The notes under the pieces are model-generated. The model had not been told where the DNA came from and searched no databases. It saw only the letters and a list, made by a program, of their open reading frames with translations. Source: Zootoca vivipara (taxonomy: Eukaryota). From it: DNA of 64,000 bases. The stretch spans positions 63,054,001 through 63,118,000 of the forward strand of contig NC_083280.1 in NCBI RefSeq assembly GCF_963506605.1, given 5' to 3'. Positions 39,083 through 53,336 of this stretch are shown here, one piece after another; positions within the stretch are counted from its first letter, which is position 1, and each line of letters starts with the position of its first letter. The translations under genes were made by a program, and so were the position numbers.

Positions 39083-42000
39083 TACTTTGGTCTGACTCTG
39101 GACCAGTAAAAAACAGTAAAAAAAACAAAGCAGATCCCAGAAACTTGAGTCTACCCACTTGTTCCAGGGGCAAAATCCCATCACTGTGATTTTAATTTTT
39201 AACCACGTTTTTGCAGATACCAAGAGAAACCCCTGAAATGATTCATTCATGACAGGAATCTTCACTTCCAGTTTTGTGGCTTGGACCCTTCCAGAGAGCA
39301 CTTCACTGCCTTAAACCAGGCAATTATAGGCCATTAAATAAGTTAGCAATAAAACATAGGTATGAAACATTCTTTCTCCCTTGCTGATTTAATAATATAA
39401 ACTCAAGTGGATACGGTTTCAGAATCTGCGGATGGTGCTGTGTGGCAAATATGATGAGAAAGGCATTTCAGGAATAAACGCCTCTCAGTTATTCTTTACG
39501 GCCTCCCTATCATTAAATGGCTTAGCCATTTGTAGAAGTAAGTAAGAACACACAAAGGCTAGAAACCTGCAAATAACCATATCATTGCTTTTCTTTTTTC
39601 TTTTTCTTTTCTTTTTTAAAATGCAATTAGGCAACAGTTACACGGATGCTGACTTCAGCAAGCAATTGAAATCTGACTCAAAGTCAGAATGCAGCTTTTA
39701 AACAGTAATCAAGGCCTAGGATATATCCATTGAGACAGTGTTTCTGATTAACTTAATTTGACGAGGTGCCGGACAATACCCTTGTTTCACATAACACAGC
39801 TGAAGCAGCACTTCTCTAGGTTACAAATGGGGCCTTTTGTGAAGGCAGCTAGCCATGAAAATCTTAAAATGCTCTAATCTGAGCATTGTAGTCCACAGTA
39901 TATGAAATAAATAACACTCTTATGTCAGTTCTTCAAGCATCTCTCTCTACTCCCACCCCCATTTTAATATTCCTGCACTTGCAAAGGACTATATGCCAGA
40001 TTTAAATTTTAGCTGAAGGTTATCATACAGACCATTGTAACATGGAGTTCAATTGTTCTGCTCAGTGTTAATACAAGGCAGTATTTCTGACCTTTGGATA
40101 GACTTTTTAACATTAAGAAATGAAAAGTTTTTCCTTATATGAACCAACTGTGTGTCAAAATGGCCAGTTTTGTGTCAATTGCACTCGTTTAAACATTGAA
40201 AAGGTTCCTCATTTTTTGAGCAATAAAATTATGGAAGCAACTGCAGGGTTAGCTTATTATCTAGACTAATAGGGTACCATTCAGAATATGTCATGTCACC
40301 TTACAGCCTTTGTGAAGACTTGAAATTATTTCAGGTGTTTTGTATTATGTTTTTAGGGTTTTGTGGTCTATTTTTAAGGTTTGGGATGGGGAAACCATTT
40401 CATAAAGTGTTGTATAATGGACAGATGGCATACTGATGTTATTATGTGATTGTATTTATGGATTCCAAATTGCATTCCTATTTTGTTTGCTGTGACTCAC
40501 CTAGAAGCTTCAGTTTAGGTGACATACAGATTTAATTAATAGAAATGTGGGTCTTTTAGATATGAGCTGCTCTATGCAAGGGGGTGGAACATTCACAAGT
40601 TCAAGAGCAGCAATGAAACAGAAATTTAAGGGAAGAGAATGAATCCTAAATAATTGAGGAAACAGAAACATAACAAATTTAGTCAAATGTAAACTTAAGC
40701 AGGTCTGTACTCCCCTTTGGATTGAGCAAAAGGGTGGGAGGTGGTGTTGAGATAATGTATAACTAGCAAATGGCATTGGGTAGAGAGAATTCAAAGTGTA
40801 GGGCAAGTTAGAGTTGCAATTAGGGTGCTATGAAGAAATGGCAGAAAGCAGCCAGAAGGCTGGAGTTGATGCAGACTCCCAAAAAATGACAAATGAAGAG
40901 CAGTATTTGTTATTCCAGTGGACAGACAAATCTGGGACTCAGGTCCACTTTCTGCCACTGCCATCCAGCAAGCTCCAAGGTAGCAGTAAAGCTGGAACTT
41001 CAGGGTCGATCCTAGGGTCCCTTGTGCCCTTGGCAAGGAGCTGTATTGGGGGGGGGGGGCTATCTCTTGTGGCCTTGGCACGGAGTTCCACTAAGGCACC
41101 CAGAGGAGCCTGCATGACTCAACCTGGCCACCCAGAAAAGCAGAGGTCCTAGCCACTCTGAGACAGAGTGGAGAGGCTTGTTTTTTGCATGCACACACAC
41201 ACTGGGCCTGCACCCTTGGCAGGGGCCAACCCACCCAACCCTAAGGTATGCCTCTGAGAAAATCCATGTTCGCCTCTCTCTTAAAGGAAATGTGTATTAA
41301 ATGGAACAAACTATGAAGGCAGACCCCATGTGGTGAGCCTGAGTTGGAAACTTAGTGGTTTAGCTGGAGCAAGCTAGATTCTTCCCTGTAATGGCTATCT
41401 TGACCTGAATGCCTTACATATCATACTCATACTCAATAAAGTTGAGCCTTGTGTTTGTCTCTTCATTTCAATTGCTGCAGCAAATGCAGGCGAATTAACC
41501 ATCCAAGACATGATAAATTATTAGCAGTTGATATACTACTGGCCCTGCTTTGTAAGACCTCACCCAGCAGAGTTTACACTAAAAGAAAAAAGTCTGTAGA
41601 GGCATCGTTCATCATCACAACACCTTAGAACATGCCAGGCCTCAGCGAGTGTAAAATGGCAATGTTCCATTGGCTCCCAGAGACTTTGTGCCAAGTCAGA
41701 CCAGCTGAGGATTTGACCTAGACTCTCTTTGTAGCATAGCTTGACAAGCACAAATGCGTCCATCTTTAGACAGCTGCTAAATCAGTCGGCATGAGTGAGA
41801 CTGTAATTGTTTCACGTAGCAGGAAACCACTGTTCTAGCAACAAGAACAGGAGGAAATTATTAGGCTGGAAAAAAATTACAAAATGCATAATTCTAGGGT
41901 CCATCTAATGTGCAAATCCCAAACTATCATTTAAGAGTTTGTTTTCAGTGACCAAGTTACAGCTTTATCCAAAACTGATTGTGCTGTAGAAAAAAAAAAT

Positions 42001-43257
42001 ATTGCCTTCAGTCTGTGCTAGCAAAACTATTAAGATGACTGAAAAAGAGTTTTTAGCATCACTGGATTTTCAGACCAGCCATTCAGTTAGGTATGAAGAC
42101 CTTTCTCCTCTCACCCATTCACCCCAAGGAGGTTTGCAATTAAAAACCTGTCCTAATTTAAGAAAGGGAAATTTACACACAGATGAAAAAACTTAAAGAT
42201 AAAACCATGCTAATCCAGGCATTTCTTTTTAATCACAATAGTTAAACAACTATAGGATAAAATTCCAAGAACCCATGTATATTTGTATCCTGCCTTTCCA
42301 CAAAATGGATATCAAGGTAGCCCAAATCAATGCTGCTGCTACTACGATAAAATAATAATAAAATACAATATGGGAAACTTTTTTAAAAAAAAACACAAGG
42401 CGGGTAAAACACAAAATATACCATTGCTGACGATGTAAAATAAGAGAAATTATACAAATTTACCCAAAGTGCATAAATGAATTCAGTTTTCTTTGGTGAC
42501 AAATATTATTTCAGCCCTGAATATAGGTAGCCCTAGTGATATTACACCAGTGGCATAGAAATAACTCCAGTGATCTTAGAAGGGTATACAGCAGTTTTGA
42601 CACGTGGAAACTCACAATGCTGAAGCTCAAAGAGCTCCATGGACACACATTTAATTGAAGTTGTTTTCAGAGTACTCAGAAGACAATAGCTAAAAGCCTA
42701 TAGATTTCCAATAGGACTCAAGGTATCGATTTGGAGCCAAGGGCTATGCTTACAAAACAAAAGACATTATCCAGATGCAAGACTACCATTGACTTTCCAT
42801 GGTGATTACTTTGGATATTATGCTTCATATTTCCGTTCCGAGGAAGCACATTGTACGTAGCGTGCAGTGGGGGGGGGGGAGGCAGATCAATGTCTCCTTC
42901 GAGCAACAGAGCCTGTTAGTACAGATCATAAAAGCAGGACAAGAGAGAGCGTGGCTAGACAGCGGGAGTAGAGAGGCAACATTTTTGCTCTTGAGGGCTG
43001 TATTCCTTCAAGGGTACCCTATCAGAGGGTCATGATGACTATGGGTGGGGTCGGGGCTAAGATTGGACAGGGCCACCATCTTTTCTCTCTCATTTCTCTA
43101 CTACCCTTTGCTAAAGACATATAATTCTCCTACTCCAGGCTTCCTCTAGGGGGGTATTCTGATTGTGACACCAACTCCTAGAGGCCTCTATGTTATTATC
43201 GCAAGCTATGCACTGAAATATAACACCAAATATGAAGGCGCTCTCAATATTTTCTTT

Positions 43258-43568
43258 TGTGGTTGGCATCCATCAGTCTCGAGAGACAATGGAGTGAAGT
43301 CAAACCATTGGAGAATCACAGCGCCTGCAGTGGCTGCAGAGCCAGTAATTCATAACTGCTGCCTCCCACATTGTTTCTGCTGTGTTACCGGCACTGAAGT
43401 GACCTCTCTGGGGTGCAAGCCTGGGCAGTATTATGAAGGTCTTGGGCTGCGCATATGACAAGACCCCCACTCTCTGATGTGGTCCAAAGGAAAGCAGAGC
43501 AATACGTTTGGCACCAGCTTGGCTGCAGGAGTTGCCGGAAGGAGGCGTACAAGACGCCATCCAACTGT
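43258..43568 (+). mobile_element. RTE-related 5'-region fragment or non-autonomous RTE SINE
   Basis: GGTCCAAAGGAAAGCAGAGCAATACGTTTGGCACCAGCTTGGCTGCAGGAGTTGCCGGAAG resembles RTE-clade 5' UTR sequence as I recall it. Confidence 0.5.
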
Positions 43569-44655
43569 CTTAGTTCCTGGCAACTCCCAGATCATTGGCT
43601 GGAAGAACATTTGCTTTAAAGTGCATCAATATAGACTAATGACTGGTCTACACAGCATTCCAAATGGCAGCCCACAGCAAAGCCATTTTATAAGGCCCAT
43701 GTGGCATGTTTATAAAAGCATTATTGTAAAAGATAATCCATCAATTGCAATGCAGCTTTTCTGTTGTATTGTTACCCTTTTAAGTTGAGAGGCCCCTTTT
43801 TAGCCTCTGTTCCTAGACTCGCTTATCCCCAATGATGCCACATCAAAAAGCATCATAGGCCTGACTTACCCCATTTGTTTTCAACTGCCTTTAAGAGGAT
43901 TTGACAGTGTTAAACTTTCAGCTGAGGAAAAGCAATGCTTCCAAACTACTGAACTGATGGGGGGGGTAGGTTTATTCATTGTTTACAAGTTAAATGCTGC
44001 AGAATTCTTTCTCAAGGAAACAGCTGAAAGAAAGTCAGCACTGTGACCTTAGTGGCTTTCTTTTTGATGCAGTTTGGGCTTTGAAGTTGTTGCACGAAAG
44101 CAGGAAAGGAGTGAATACAGAGACAGGCTTGCTGTCACAAGTATAAAGGCATGCTTTCCATTTGCATAGCAATCAAAGATGCTTTTTTCAGAAAAGGCAG
44201 GGAGAGTATAGGTCTTTTTGTCTTTTTTATTTTTTAGCATTTTGATATTTGTTGACAGCCAATTCCTTCAGCCCTGATGGTAGGGGAAGGGCTTAAGAGG
44301 ACTGAAACAGGGTTGCGATCAGCTGAGAGAATCAGCAGCGAGGTAGCAGGTTTACAAACCATGGAAATTCCCAGGAGTGTAATTGTTTTCAACTTTCCCA
44401 ATTGACAGATCACTGTGTTATCACATATTCTGCCTTATTGCCCTTGGTTTGGAAATTTCATTCTCAACTCAAATCTTCATTCATGCATTTCTAAGTCTGT
44501 GCTGAAAGTGCTGAAAGCACATTCTTTCTACAATGGTTGTCTCTGCTTTGAAAATTACAGCCAGTTTAAAATGAGGTCTATACAGGACTGGCCCTATAAC
44601 GTGGCATGGAGAAGCAGCCACCTCGGGTGGCAGAAGTTGCCGATGCAACATTCCT

Positions 44656-45510
44656 TTAAAAAAAAATCTTTATTAAACATTCAACACATATTTACACAAC
44701 GATTTACCATGCCACAATTTATGCATGTACACTACACATAAAAAAGAAAAATACAGTACTGTATATTCCTGCATATAAGACTACTTTTTAACCCAGGAAA
44801 ATCTTCTCAAAAGTCAGGAGGTCGTCTTATACGCCGGGTCGTATTTCTTATACGGCAAGTATATCCCAAACTCTATATTTTAACTGGAAAAGTTGGGGTT
44901 CGACTTACATGCACAGTTGTCTTATTCGCCGGAATATACGGTGAAAAGTAGAGAAAAAGAATAAAGAATAAAGATAAGAAAGATAAAATAAACTTCTGGT
45001 TGCTCTCAAAAAACTGAATCTCATTTGTTATTTTTTACACAATATCATGTTATTGTACTTTGTTTCCTTAATTTCCTTCAGAGAAAAATTCTTTAGTTTA
45101 TTATCTATACATTACAAGAATCATTCAAGGTCTGCCAGGAGATTTTTGCTATCATAGTAGTTTTTCAAATTTTCTTTAAATACTAGCCATTCTTTATTTA
45201 CCCTCTGTATTGAGTACCCTCTAACTCTCCCTGTCATTATTGCCAGTTGGGTATATTCTGTCATTTTTTACCTGCCATTCTGACTTTGTAGGTGTAATTT
45301 CACTCTTCCAATTCATTGCAGCCAGAATCCTGGCTGCAGATGTTGCGTACATAAAGAGTGGTCTTACTTCTTTCTTGATTTCAGTTGACATTATCCCTAA
45401 TAAGAAGGCCTTTGGTCTTTTTGTGAATGGGAATCTGAGTATCTTTTTTAATTCATTATATACAATGTCCCAGAACTCTCTGATTTTTTTCACATTTCCA
45501 CCACATAACT
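44656..45510 (-). mobile_element. L1 LINE, 5'-truncated (ORF2 C-terminus plus 3' UTR)
   Basis: KIREFWDIVYNELKKIL...AFLLGI...LFMYATSAARILAAMNWK. 14-bp TSD GATGCAACATTCCT at 44642-44655 and 45511-45524. Confidence 0.88.
44759..44941. mobile_element. Tc1/mariner (Tc2-like) MITE nested in the L1 3' UTR
   Basis: TA|CTGTATATTCCTGCATATAAGAC...GTCTTATTCGCCGGAATATACGG TIRs. Confidence 0.75.
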
Positions 45511-46569
45511 GATGCAACATTCCTGTGGCCAACCCACCTGCCCTGTTGCCTCTGCCACTGTTGGAGAAGCAGCACCAGAAACTCCTTAGGCTAGAACAGA
45601 TAAATAAATTGTAGATCTCTGAAATAAGAGAAAAACTTTAGTACACAGTAGGACCTTTCAGAGCCACTTGGTGTTCAGCCTTGTCATACTGAAATGGTGA
45701 GCACTTAACAGACAGAGCAGTTGGGAAATGAGATGGTGGAAGGTTCAGGTGAGTTCAAAGAGGAAGTAATGATTTGAGTAATGGCAATCCTGATAAGAAA
45801 ACACATATAGCAGCCCCAAGCAACTTACTGAGAAGTTGTAGACTAGACCTGAGGGCTAAGTTAGCAGAGAGAGCAGATCCAATACAGACTCAAATCAGGG
45901 AATGTGATGATAAAATTTGAGACCCTGAGCTAAAGTGGCAGATTCAGCTCCTGAGATGAGTTTTCCATTTTAGAGAGATGCACTAAGTCTCAGTAGAGAC
46001 CAAAAGAATGGGGCAGCTTGAATCTACGTAACAAAAAGCACGGAAACTTTCACTTTAAAGGGGATGTCCAGAGGGAAGAGAGAGTGAAGAATTACAGTAT
46101 TGATATTCATTCTCTCCTGGTTAGGAGAGATAATAGATATAGAGGAGATCCCACCCTTGGCTATTCATAATGCAATGCAAACAGAATAGCTAGCAGAAAA
46201 GGAGTCTCATCTCGGTAAGCCATCCAAGAAACACAGGAGTAAAATTTATGAGCGCTCTACTGAGAAATGCAGTGTTACAAAAGGCAAGAAGAATATAAAA
46301 AATTCTGAAGCTACTGTCCTTGAGAAATTTCCTTTAGCCACTTTCCAAAAACGACATGCTGTTAAAATGGTGACTATGGATCAAACTGCAGTACAAGCCT
46401 GCAGCTATGCATGTGCTTTTTCTCTTATACTCAAACATAAGTGCAAAAGGGCAAATCTGGATGAGGCTCACACAGGGAGGGGAGGTTTAATTATGTCCTC
46501 CCTCCCCAGCTCCAGCTGCCTCCACAGCCAATAAAAACAAAACTTTCTCCTACCGTAGTATCTGATGGT

Positions 46570-46694
46570 TAAGGTTACTAGATTTTTTTTTCAATGAATC
46601 TGGGGACACTTTTCAACTTCAATGGATTTTGTATGGGGACTGATTTGTAAATCTGGGGACTGTCCCCAGGAAACGGGGACATCTGGTAACCTTA
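46570..46694. mobile_element. hAT (Blackjack-like) MITE
   Basis: TAAGGTTACTAGA...TCTGGTAACCTTA TIRs and repeated GGGGAC subterminal motifs. Confidence 0.65.
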
Positions 46695-47261
46695 AGTTAC
46701 ATCATTTATTATTATTTATTATTTATTGAATTTGTATATACCACACTTCATCTGTAGATCACAGGGCAGCTCATAACATAAAAATACAAAATGAGAACAC
46801 AAAATACATTAAAAAAACAACAACCCAATAACCTGCCCTTCCCAGAAACACATTTAAAAGGCATTTTTTTAAAAATCAAACAAAATCTGGACAATTTAGA
46901 AGTATGCTATTTTGTATTATTGTCCAACAATGTTTTGTTTTGTTTCATTGCATTAAGGTACACTTATATTGAACTCTTGGTATTATGAAACTCATAGAAA
47001 ATCATAATCCAGACACTGACCAAACTCTGATTTGTCTTCAACCAAATTTGTCTTTGTTTTGCTGCATCATGTGCTGTTTCAGACCATCCCCTGTGTTTAT
47101 CCCACCTCCCTCTGATGCCACTATTGCTCAATTCCTACCTTGCCTTTTAATTTCAATAGCTCATCCTTTTTCTTTTAATAAAAATACATGTAGCTGATAT
47201 AGACCATAAGGCTTATAAGCCATATCATTGCTCCCCATTCAGTGACCTGAGGCATTTTACC

Positions 47262-47265
<4 letters not shown>

Positions 47266-47292
<27 letters not shown>

Positions 47293-47976
47293 TTATTATT
47301 TATACCCCGCCCATCTGGCTGGGTTTCCCCAGCCACTCTGGGCAGCTTACAACAGAAAAAATGAAATAAGATAATCTATTAAACATTAAAAGCCTCCCTA
47401 AACAGGGCTACCTTCAGATGTCTTCTAAAAATCTGGTAGCTGTTTTTCTCTTTGACATCTGATGGGAGGGCGTTCCACAGGGCGGGTGCCACCACCGAGA
47501 AGGCCCTCTGCCTGGTTCCCTGCAACTTGGCTTCTCACAACGAGGGAACCGTCAGAAGGCCCTCGGTACTGGACCTCAGTGTCCGGGCAGAATGATGGGG
47601 GTGGAGATGCTCCTTCAGGTATACTGGACCGAGGCCATTTAGGGCTTTAAAGGTCAGCACCAACACATTGAACTGTGCTCGGAAACGTACTGGGAGCCAA
47701 TGTAGATCTTTCAAGACCGGTGTTATGTGGTCTCAGTGGCCGCTCCCAGTCACCAGTCTAGCTGCCGCATTCTGGATTAGTTGTAGTTTCCAGGTCACCT
47801 TCAAAGGTAGTCCCACGTAGAGCACATTGCAGTAGTCCAAGCGGGAGATAACCAGAGCATGCACCACTCTGTCGAGACAGTCTGCGGGCAGGTAGGGTCT
47901 CAGCCTGCGTACCAGATGGAGCTGATAGACAGCTGCCCTGGACACAGAATTGACCTGCGCCTCCATGGACAGCTGC
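47266..47976 (-). mobile_element. L2-clade LINE, 5'-truncated
   Basis: QLSMEAQVNSVSRAAVYQLHLVRRLRPYLP...LQLIQNAAARLV, highly similar to 12757-13604, with an (ATT)n tail. Confidence 0.92.
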
Positions 47977-48278
47977 AGTGATGTCACCGCAATCTGAGTC
48001 AGAGGTATAGTGTTGTACAACTGGATTTTACTTAGAAAATAAACTTCAGAGAAAGAATATAGTCATGTATCAACCCAGAGATTCTGCTGGTCATTCTGGC
48101 AAGCAAATGAGCCATTAAGTATCTCTGGTCAAGAAACAGCAAGGTGAGCAGAATGCAATTAGCACCCTTTTCTATTTAGCACCCCTCGCAAATTAGCACA
48201 AGCCAATAAGTGTGAAAAATAACTTCTGGGGTGTTGATCAGAGCAGATAAAGTATTCAACATCTATGTACATTCATCA

Positions 48279-48521
<243 letters not shown>

Positions 48522-51500
48522 TTAGATCCAAGTCCAACTTTCAAAGACTCCCCCACCCAGGCCTTATGAAAACAGCTTGCAGGATAAAATGATAGCAATG
48601 TTTCTTAAAACATAATCAAATTGAAATCTTTTCTTTCTTTTACAAGGACTGTCACTGCTCTTTGTTAAGCAATAATTTAAAGGGCTTGATGTATTTCATC
48701 TCTTATTCAAACTAGATAATACAGATCTTTTGGGGCAAGGTGTGATGTTGCTTCTTTTTTTGTTAATCCTGAAAAAGAAGGCATTAGTCTTCTGTAAAGG
48801 AAATAATAATTGAGATACAGATACAGATCTAGATGTGTTTTATTAATCCAAGGCAGTAACTTCTGATAAGCCTGGCAGTCCTGTCACCATCTAACGTTAT
48901 GGTTTAAATGTTGATGGACATTTTAATTACAAAAAAAAGTGTCTAGTTGCAGGTAATTTTATTCTCTTTCTTTTCTGCCCACAATTCAGGTATTTCTTTC
49001 CTTTTACAATAGAGGAGTAATGAAGGTCTTTTGTGTTTCAGTATTAATAATAGCTTTAGTGGAGTGCCTCAAACTCTAAGCACATTTATTTATATACCTG
49101 TCTGTAGCCAAGCACAGATCTCACCTGCTATTGCCATGGAAGAACAAAGACGAAGCACAAACACGTCTTCAGAGTGTTACTGAGAGGCTCGGCCTCACTG
49201 TCATTTTAAGTATGCCCCCTAACACCTTGGCCCCAGAGAATCCCCATGCTACCTGCAATTGGTACATCATGCAGAGGCTCAAGAGCACCAAGGGCAATGT
49301 TGTAGTTTGACCCTGAATGGTCAATGTGAAACTCTTGATAGTTATTCATACCAGCAAGAGCCCTCCAGAAAATGCAGATATATTTCTATTCTTCCTGACC
49401 TCCAACTAATCAAGTCATAACAGACCAGGCATCAAGCAGTTTGACATAGTTACAGGCCTGGTTAAGGAAACTCCATGCTTGCTGAGGCACTGCCACCATT
49501 AGTAAGCCACATTATCACCTGTAAGGAGTGGTTTTTTTTCTTTTAAAAATGTTTAGGGGTACTCTCATTTTCCTACTCATATTGAAATACTGCCCCTCAA
49601 TGAGGCCAAACCTAGATTCACAAAATGTTTAGGGGTATGTGCCCCCACCCCGAAAAAAAGTGCTGTCCATAAGCATGCATGACTTAAAGTTGGAGCTCTC
49701 CAGCTCATAATAATTCTATCTGCCTTACACATGCCTTAGTATTCATTGCCTGCAGAAGGAAACTTGGGTGCTAATAATATGCACACCAGCATTTTCTCCA
49801 AGTACTGTAATCATCAGGCCTGGTCCAAGGCATTTTGGTGCCTGAGGTGGAGCAGCCAATGGCCACCCCCATAGCACCCAAGGCCAGCTAAATTATTTCA
49901 GCACTTGAAGAAGCTGAGGAAGAAAATCCCACAAAGTTCCCCACTTCCTGGTGGAAAAACAATAAACTTAATAATTAAAAACTTGCCAGCTTTTGATAAC
50001 CTGCTTTGCCTAATGATAAGGCCATCCTTGCAGGTCATTCTCATCCTTGTTCTCAGTAGCCCCCTCTTCCTGAGTGACTGAACCTATAAGAGTTTTCTGT
50101 TCTTGGTCCTTCTTGGGATCTAGCCTAGCTTAGAATTTTACATGCCTTGCCAGCTTGGTTTGTTTATCCAGCGTTCCTCCTGTCTTTACAATTTCTATGC
50201 CAAATTTTAATTAGGATCCCAGTGGCCTCAAGTTCCCCTTTCAAGCCTCTGTCTATGGAATCTCACATCGCAGAAGGCTTCGGCCTTCAGGGATCTGCAG
50301 GGCTCCACTAGTCCCCAGCTCACCACAATCATAGATTGCTGAAGCAATTTCCATTGGCTCAGCACCTAAGACAATTTACAATCCTGTCCCACTGAAGAAG
50401 AATGCATTTCTTTATCCCATCACCATAGAAGAGGTAGCATCTATGCCCTGGTTGTCTCTTTCTTTCCATCTGTCTAATTCTGCATTTCCCTTCTAACCAA
50501 ATTCAGCTCCATATATAGCCACCTAGCATGGACTGTCCTTCCCTCCCTTCATTTGTATAATGTTCAATGTTTTATTGTGTTTTTATATTTTTCCAGAAGC
50601 CGCCCAGAGAGGCTAGGACAACACAGTCATCCAGTCAGATAGTTGGCATATAAATAATAAAAATACTTCTACTACTACTAAAGTCCTCCTACTTCTACAA
50701 AATCCTTTGGGTTTAACCCTAAAGCTGCTACTGCAAATTTAGTTGTGCCTGAACTACCAACCTTTTATTTCAGTAACAGCCTGCATATTTTTAAAGGGTG
50801 TCTCTTATAATAGATCACATATATTCTTTGGTTCGAAATGTTGGTTTCTTGTCTGGTTGCTAATTTCTCCTGGTATGAGTATAGTATAAGTGTAATTTGC
50901 CCCATGGCAGGCTGTGACCCAGAAACACAAGATTGCAAAGTAACAAGTGAGAATATCGGTGCACTTCTTTCCAGGACAAATGGATCAGTTCTCCCCACAA
51001 CCCACAAGACCTAAGACAACATTGGTCAAGGTCAGATGACAAGGGGATCTGAAGGGCTGGAAATGAAGTAAGTGAGGGTCCTGGGAAATAGAAGGCTTGG
51101 ACGAATGAGCCAGTAGACTACTGGATAGGGAAAGGAATGGATGGGACGTTTTGAACAACACCATTGGAACATATATAGGAGACACTAACCTATGAAAGGC
51201 CTACTATATCCTACTGGTTGGGCCACATCCACACACGAACTTCCCAAAATTGTGATTTAAAAATTATAAAGTGAGCCAGCAGGCTTACTCTAAAAACCAG
51301 CCACAGTTTATCATGAATTCCCACAAATACAAAAAATATGGTAAGGTAGGCAGGAAAGCTGAACCTTATTCCACGGACATCTCCATTTTTTATTGAATGA
51401 GGCCATGGGAGAGAGATCAAGTTGGGTCAAAACCCTGGTGTGCCAAATGAACCTATTCAAACCCACTAGCAGATACCACACCCAGTGATTCATACTGGGC

Positions 51501-52049
51501 TGTATTTAGTATCGAAGTTATGGGTGTAACAATCAGACATAAACATCATCTAATCAGTTTTCCTTATTTATATGGTACAATCTGTTCTGAGGGTGTGTTT
51601 TTTTAAGAAAAGAATTTTATCATAGTCTCTCGCCTTACTGTACATTCATCTTAACTTGACTGCACTCATATTTGGTTTGGGGAATATATATACTTTTATT
51701 AAGACGAATGATCAACAATGATGAAGTTATAACTCAAGTTTGTCAACACGAAACACTGCAAATTTGTCACCTCCCAAGTGATTCCCCCCCCCCCAAGGTG
51801 AGGTGGGGAGTCTTTTGAAAGCTCGTTTAAAAATACAAGCCAAGATACATTTTACCAAAATTCAATAAGTTTCCCATACCAAGTGGCTGGGAACACCAAG
51901 AAGTATTCCACCTTACAAAATAAAAATAGCATGCCAGTGGTGGGCTTTGTAAAATCCTTCTGTAGGACTCTGGAGAGCTACTGCTAATCATAGTCCACAG
52001 TACACAATTACAAGGATGATCAGTGTAAGTTTGTAAAAGGTTTCTAAGG

Positions 52050-52360
52050 AGCATAGGAAGCTATCTAATACAAAGTCAGATCATTACTTCATTAATTCAT
52101 TGTTGTCTACATTAGGCTTTCACAAATGGTGCTTTACAGAGGTTTTGAACCACATCATCCCTGCTGGGAGTTGCCCTCCAGGTGTTTTGGACAGCATGGC
52201 CAATGGTCAAGGATGACGGGAGTTGTAGTCTGAAATATCTGAAGGGTATCAGGTTGAGTGAGGCTGCTCTAAATAGACTGGCAGGACTTCCGACCTACAT
52301 GAGGATACTGGGGATTGAACATAGGCCTTCTGAAGTGATCTAGCACCAAGCTATGGCCCT
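52050..52360 (-). mobile_element. Degraded Squam3-like SINE interrupted by a URR1-like MITE (about 52115-52268)
   Basis: CATAGGAAGCT tail and GGGGATTGAAC...GCTATGGCCC head; the MITE core has GGGAGTTGTAGTC. Confidence 0.5.
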
Positions 52361-52624
52361 TCTCTTAAAACAACAACAATAACTGAGCTATGGCCCTTCT
52401 CCGTAGGGCTACAGACAAACCTGCAGGCTAAGGGTTTTGAAAAAGACCAGGTTTGAATTAGGGATGTCTAAAACTTCTATCTGGTGCTCTCCCAGCTAAG
52501 CTGCTTTGACTACTTTGGCTACTGTGTTTAGTTTACCCTCTGGTCTTTCCACCAGCCTACTTTCTTACCAGTCTTTTTGCCTACTGCTCCCCTGAATCCC
52601 TGTTCCAGCCTTCATCATTCATTC

Positions 52625-52675
52625 ATACCATACCATACCATACCATACCATACCATACCATACCATACCATACAT
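52625..52675. repeat. (CCATA)n microsatellite
   Basis: About nine tandem CCATA units. Confidence 0.95.
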
Positions 52676-53142
52676 ACAATAGATCCCCTATTTTAAGTGG
52701 CTTATGGAAACATGGACATGACAATTTTGCCATAAACCCACACTAGAAGTGGAGGAGGTGGAATTAAAGTGTGCCTGTCCTTAATGTGAAGCAGCAGTGT
52801 GCTGAGTCCAGGGAAGCACTGGGTAAGTGCTGTCCTGTTGAAGCTAGAAGAACCACTAACTACTGGAAAATCTGGGGTTTAAATAATATTCTCAGCTATT
52901 GCCTCCTAGTAGGGAAGGGAGGGGCTTTGAGATGAGCAAGTCCTGTCTTTCCCCCAGAGTTCCTGCCCATTTTGCACCTTGCCCATCCTAGTGAGAAAAG
53001 GACTGAAAACAGGCCATCCTGCTTGCTTAACAAAAGGGTGAAAGACTTTGATGGTGAGTCATTATTGGAACCTTGCCATCTCTGTCTGCTATAAGCACCT
53101 TACCTTTTTGTAGATGGATCCTGCTGGAGTATCCTGTACTTT

Positions 53143-53336
53143 CAGGGCCGGCCCTACGGCCAGTCTGGGTGGTGCAGGGCACCAGGGTGCCTGCCCGCCT
53201 GCACAGCTCCGGCCGCGCAGCTCTGGCCGCGCAGCTCCGGCCGCCCGCCGCGCTGAAAAACGGGGCAGGGCGGGGGCGCCAGAGGGATCCGCCGCACCAT
53301 GGCGCCAGGGCACCAAATATACTTAAAACAGCCCTG
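53143..53336. mobile_element. Young GC-rich non-autonomous hAT element
   Basis: CAGGGCCG...CAGCCCTG ends, exact 8-bp TSD TGTACTTT, and many intact CpGs. Confidence 0.85.
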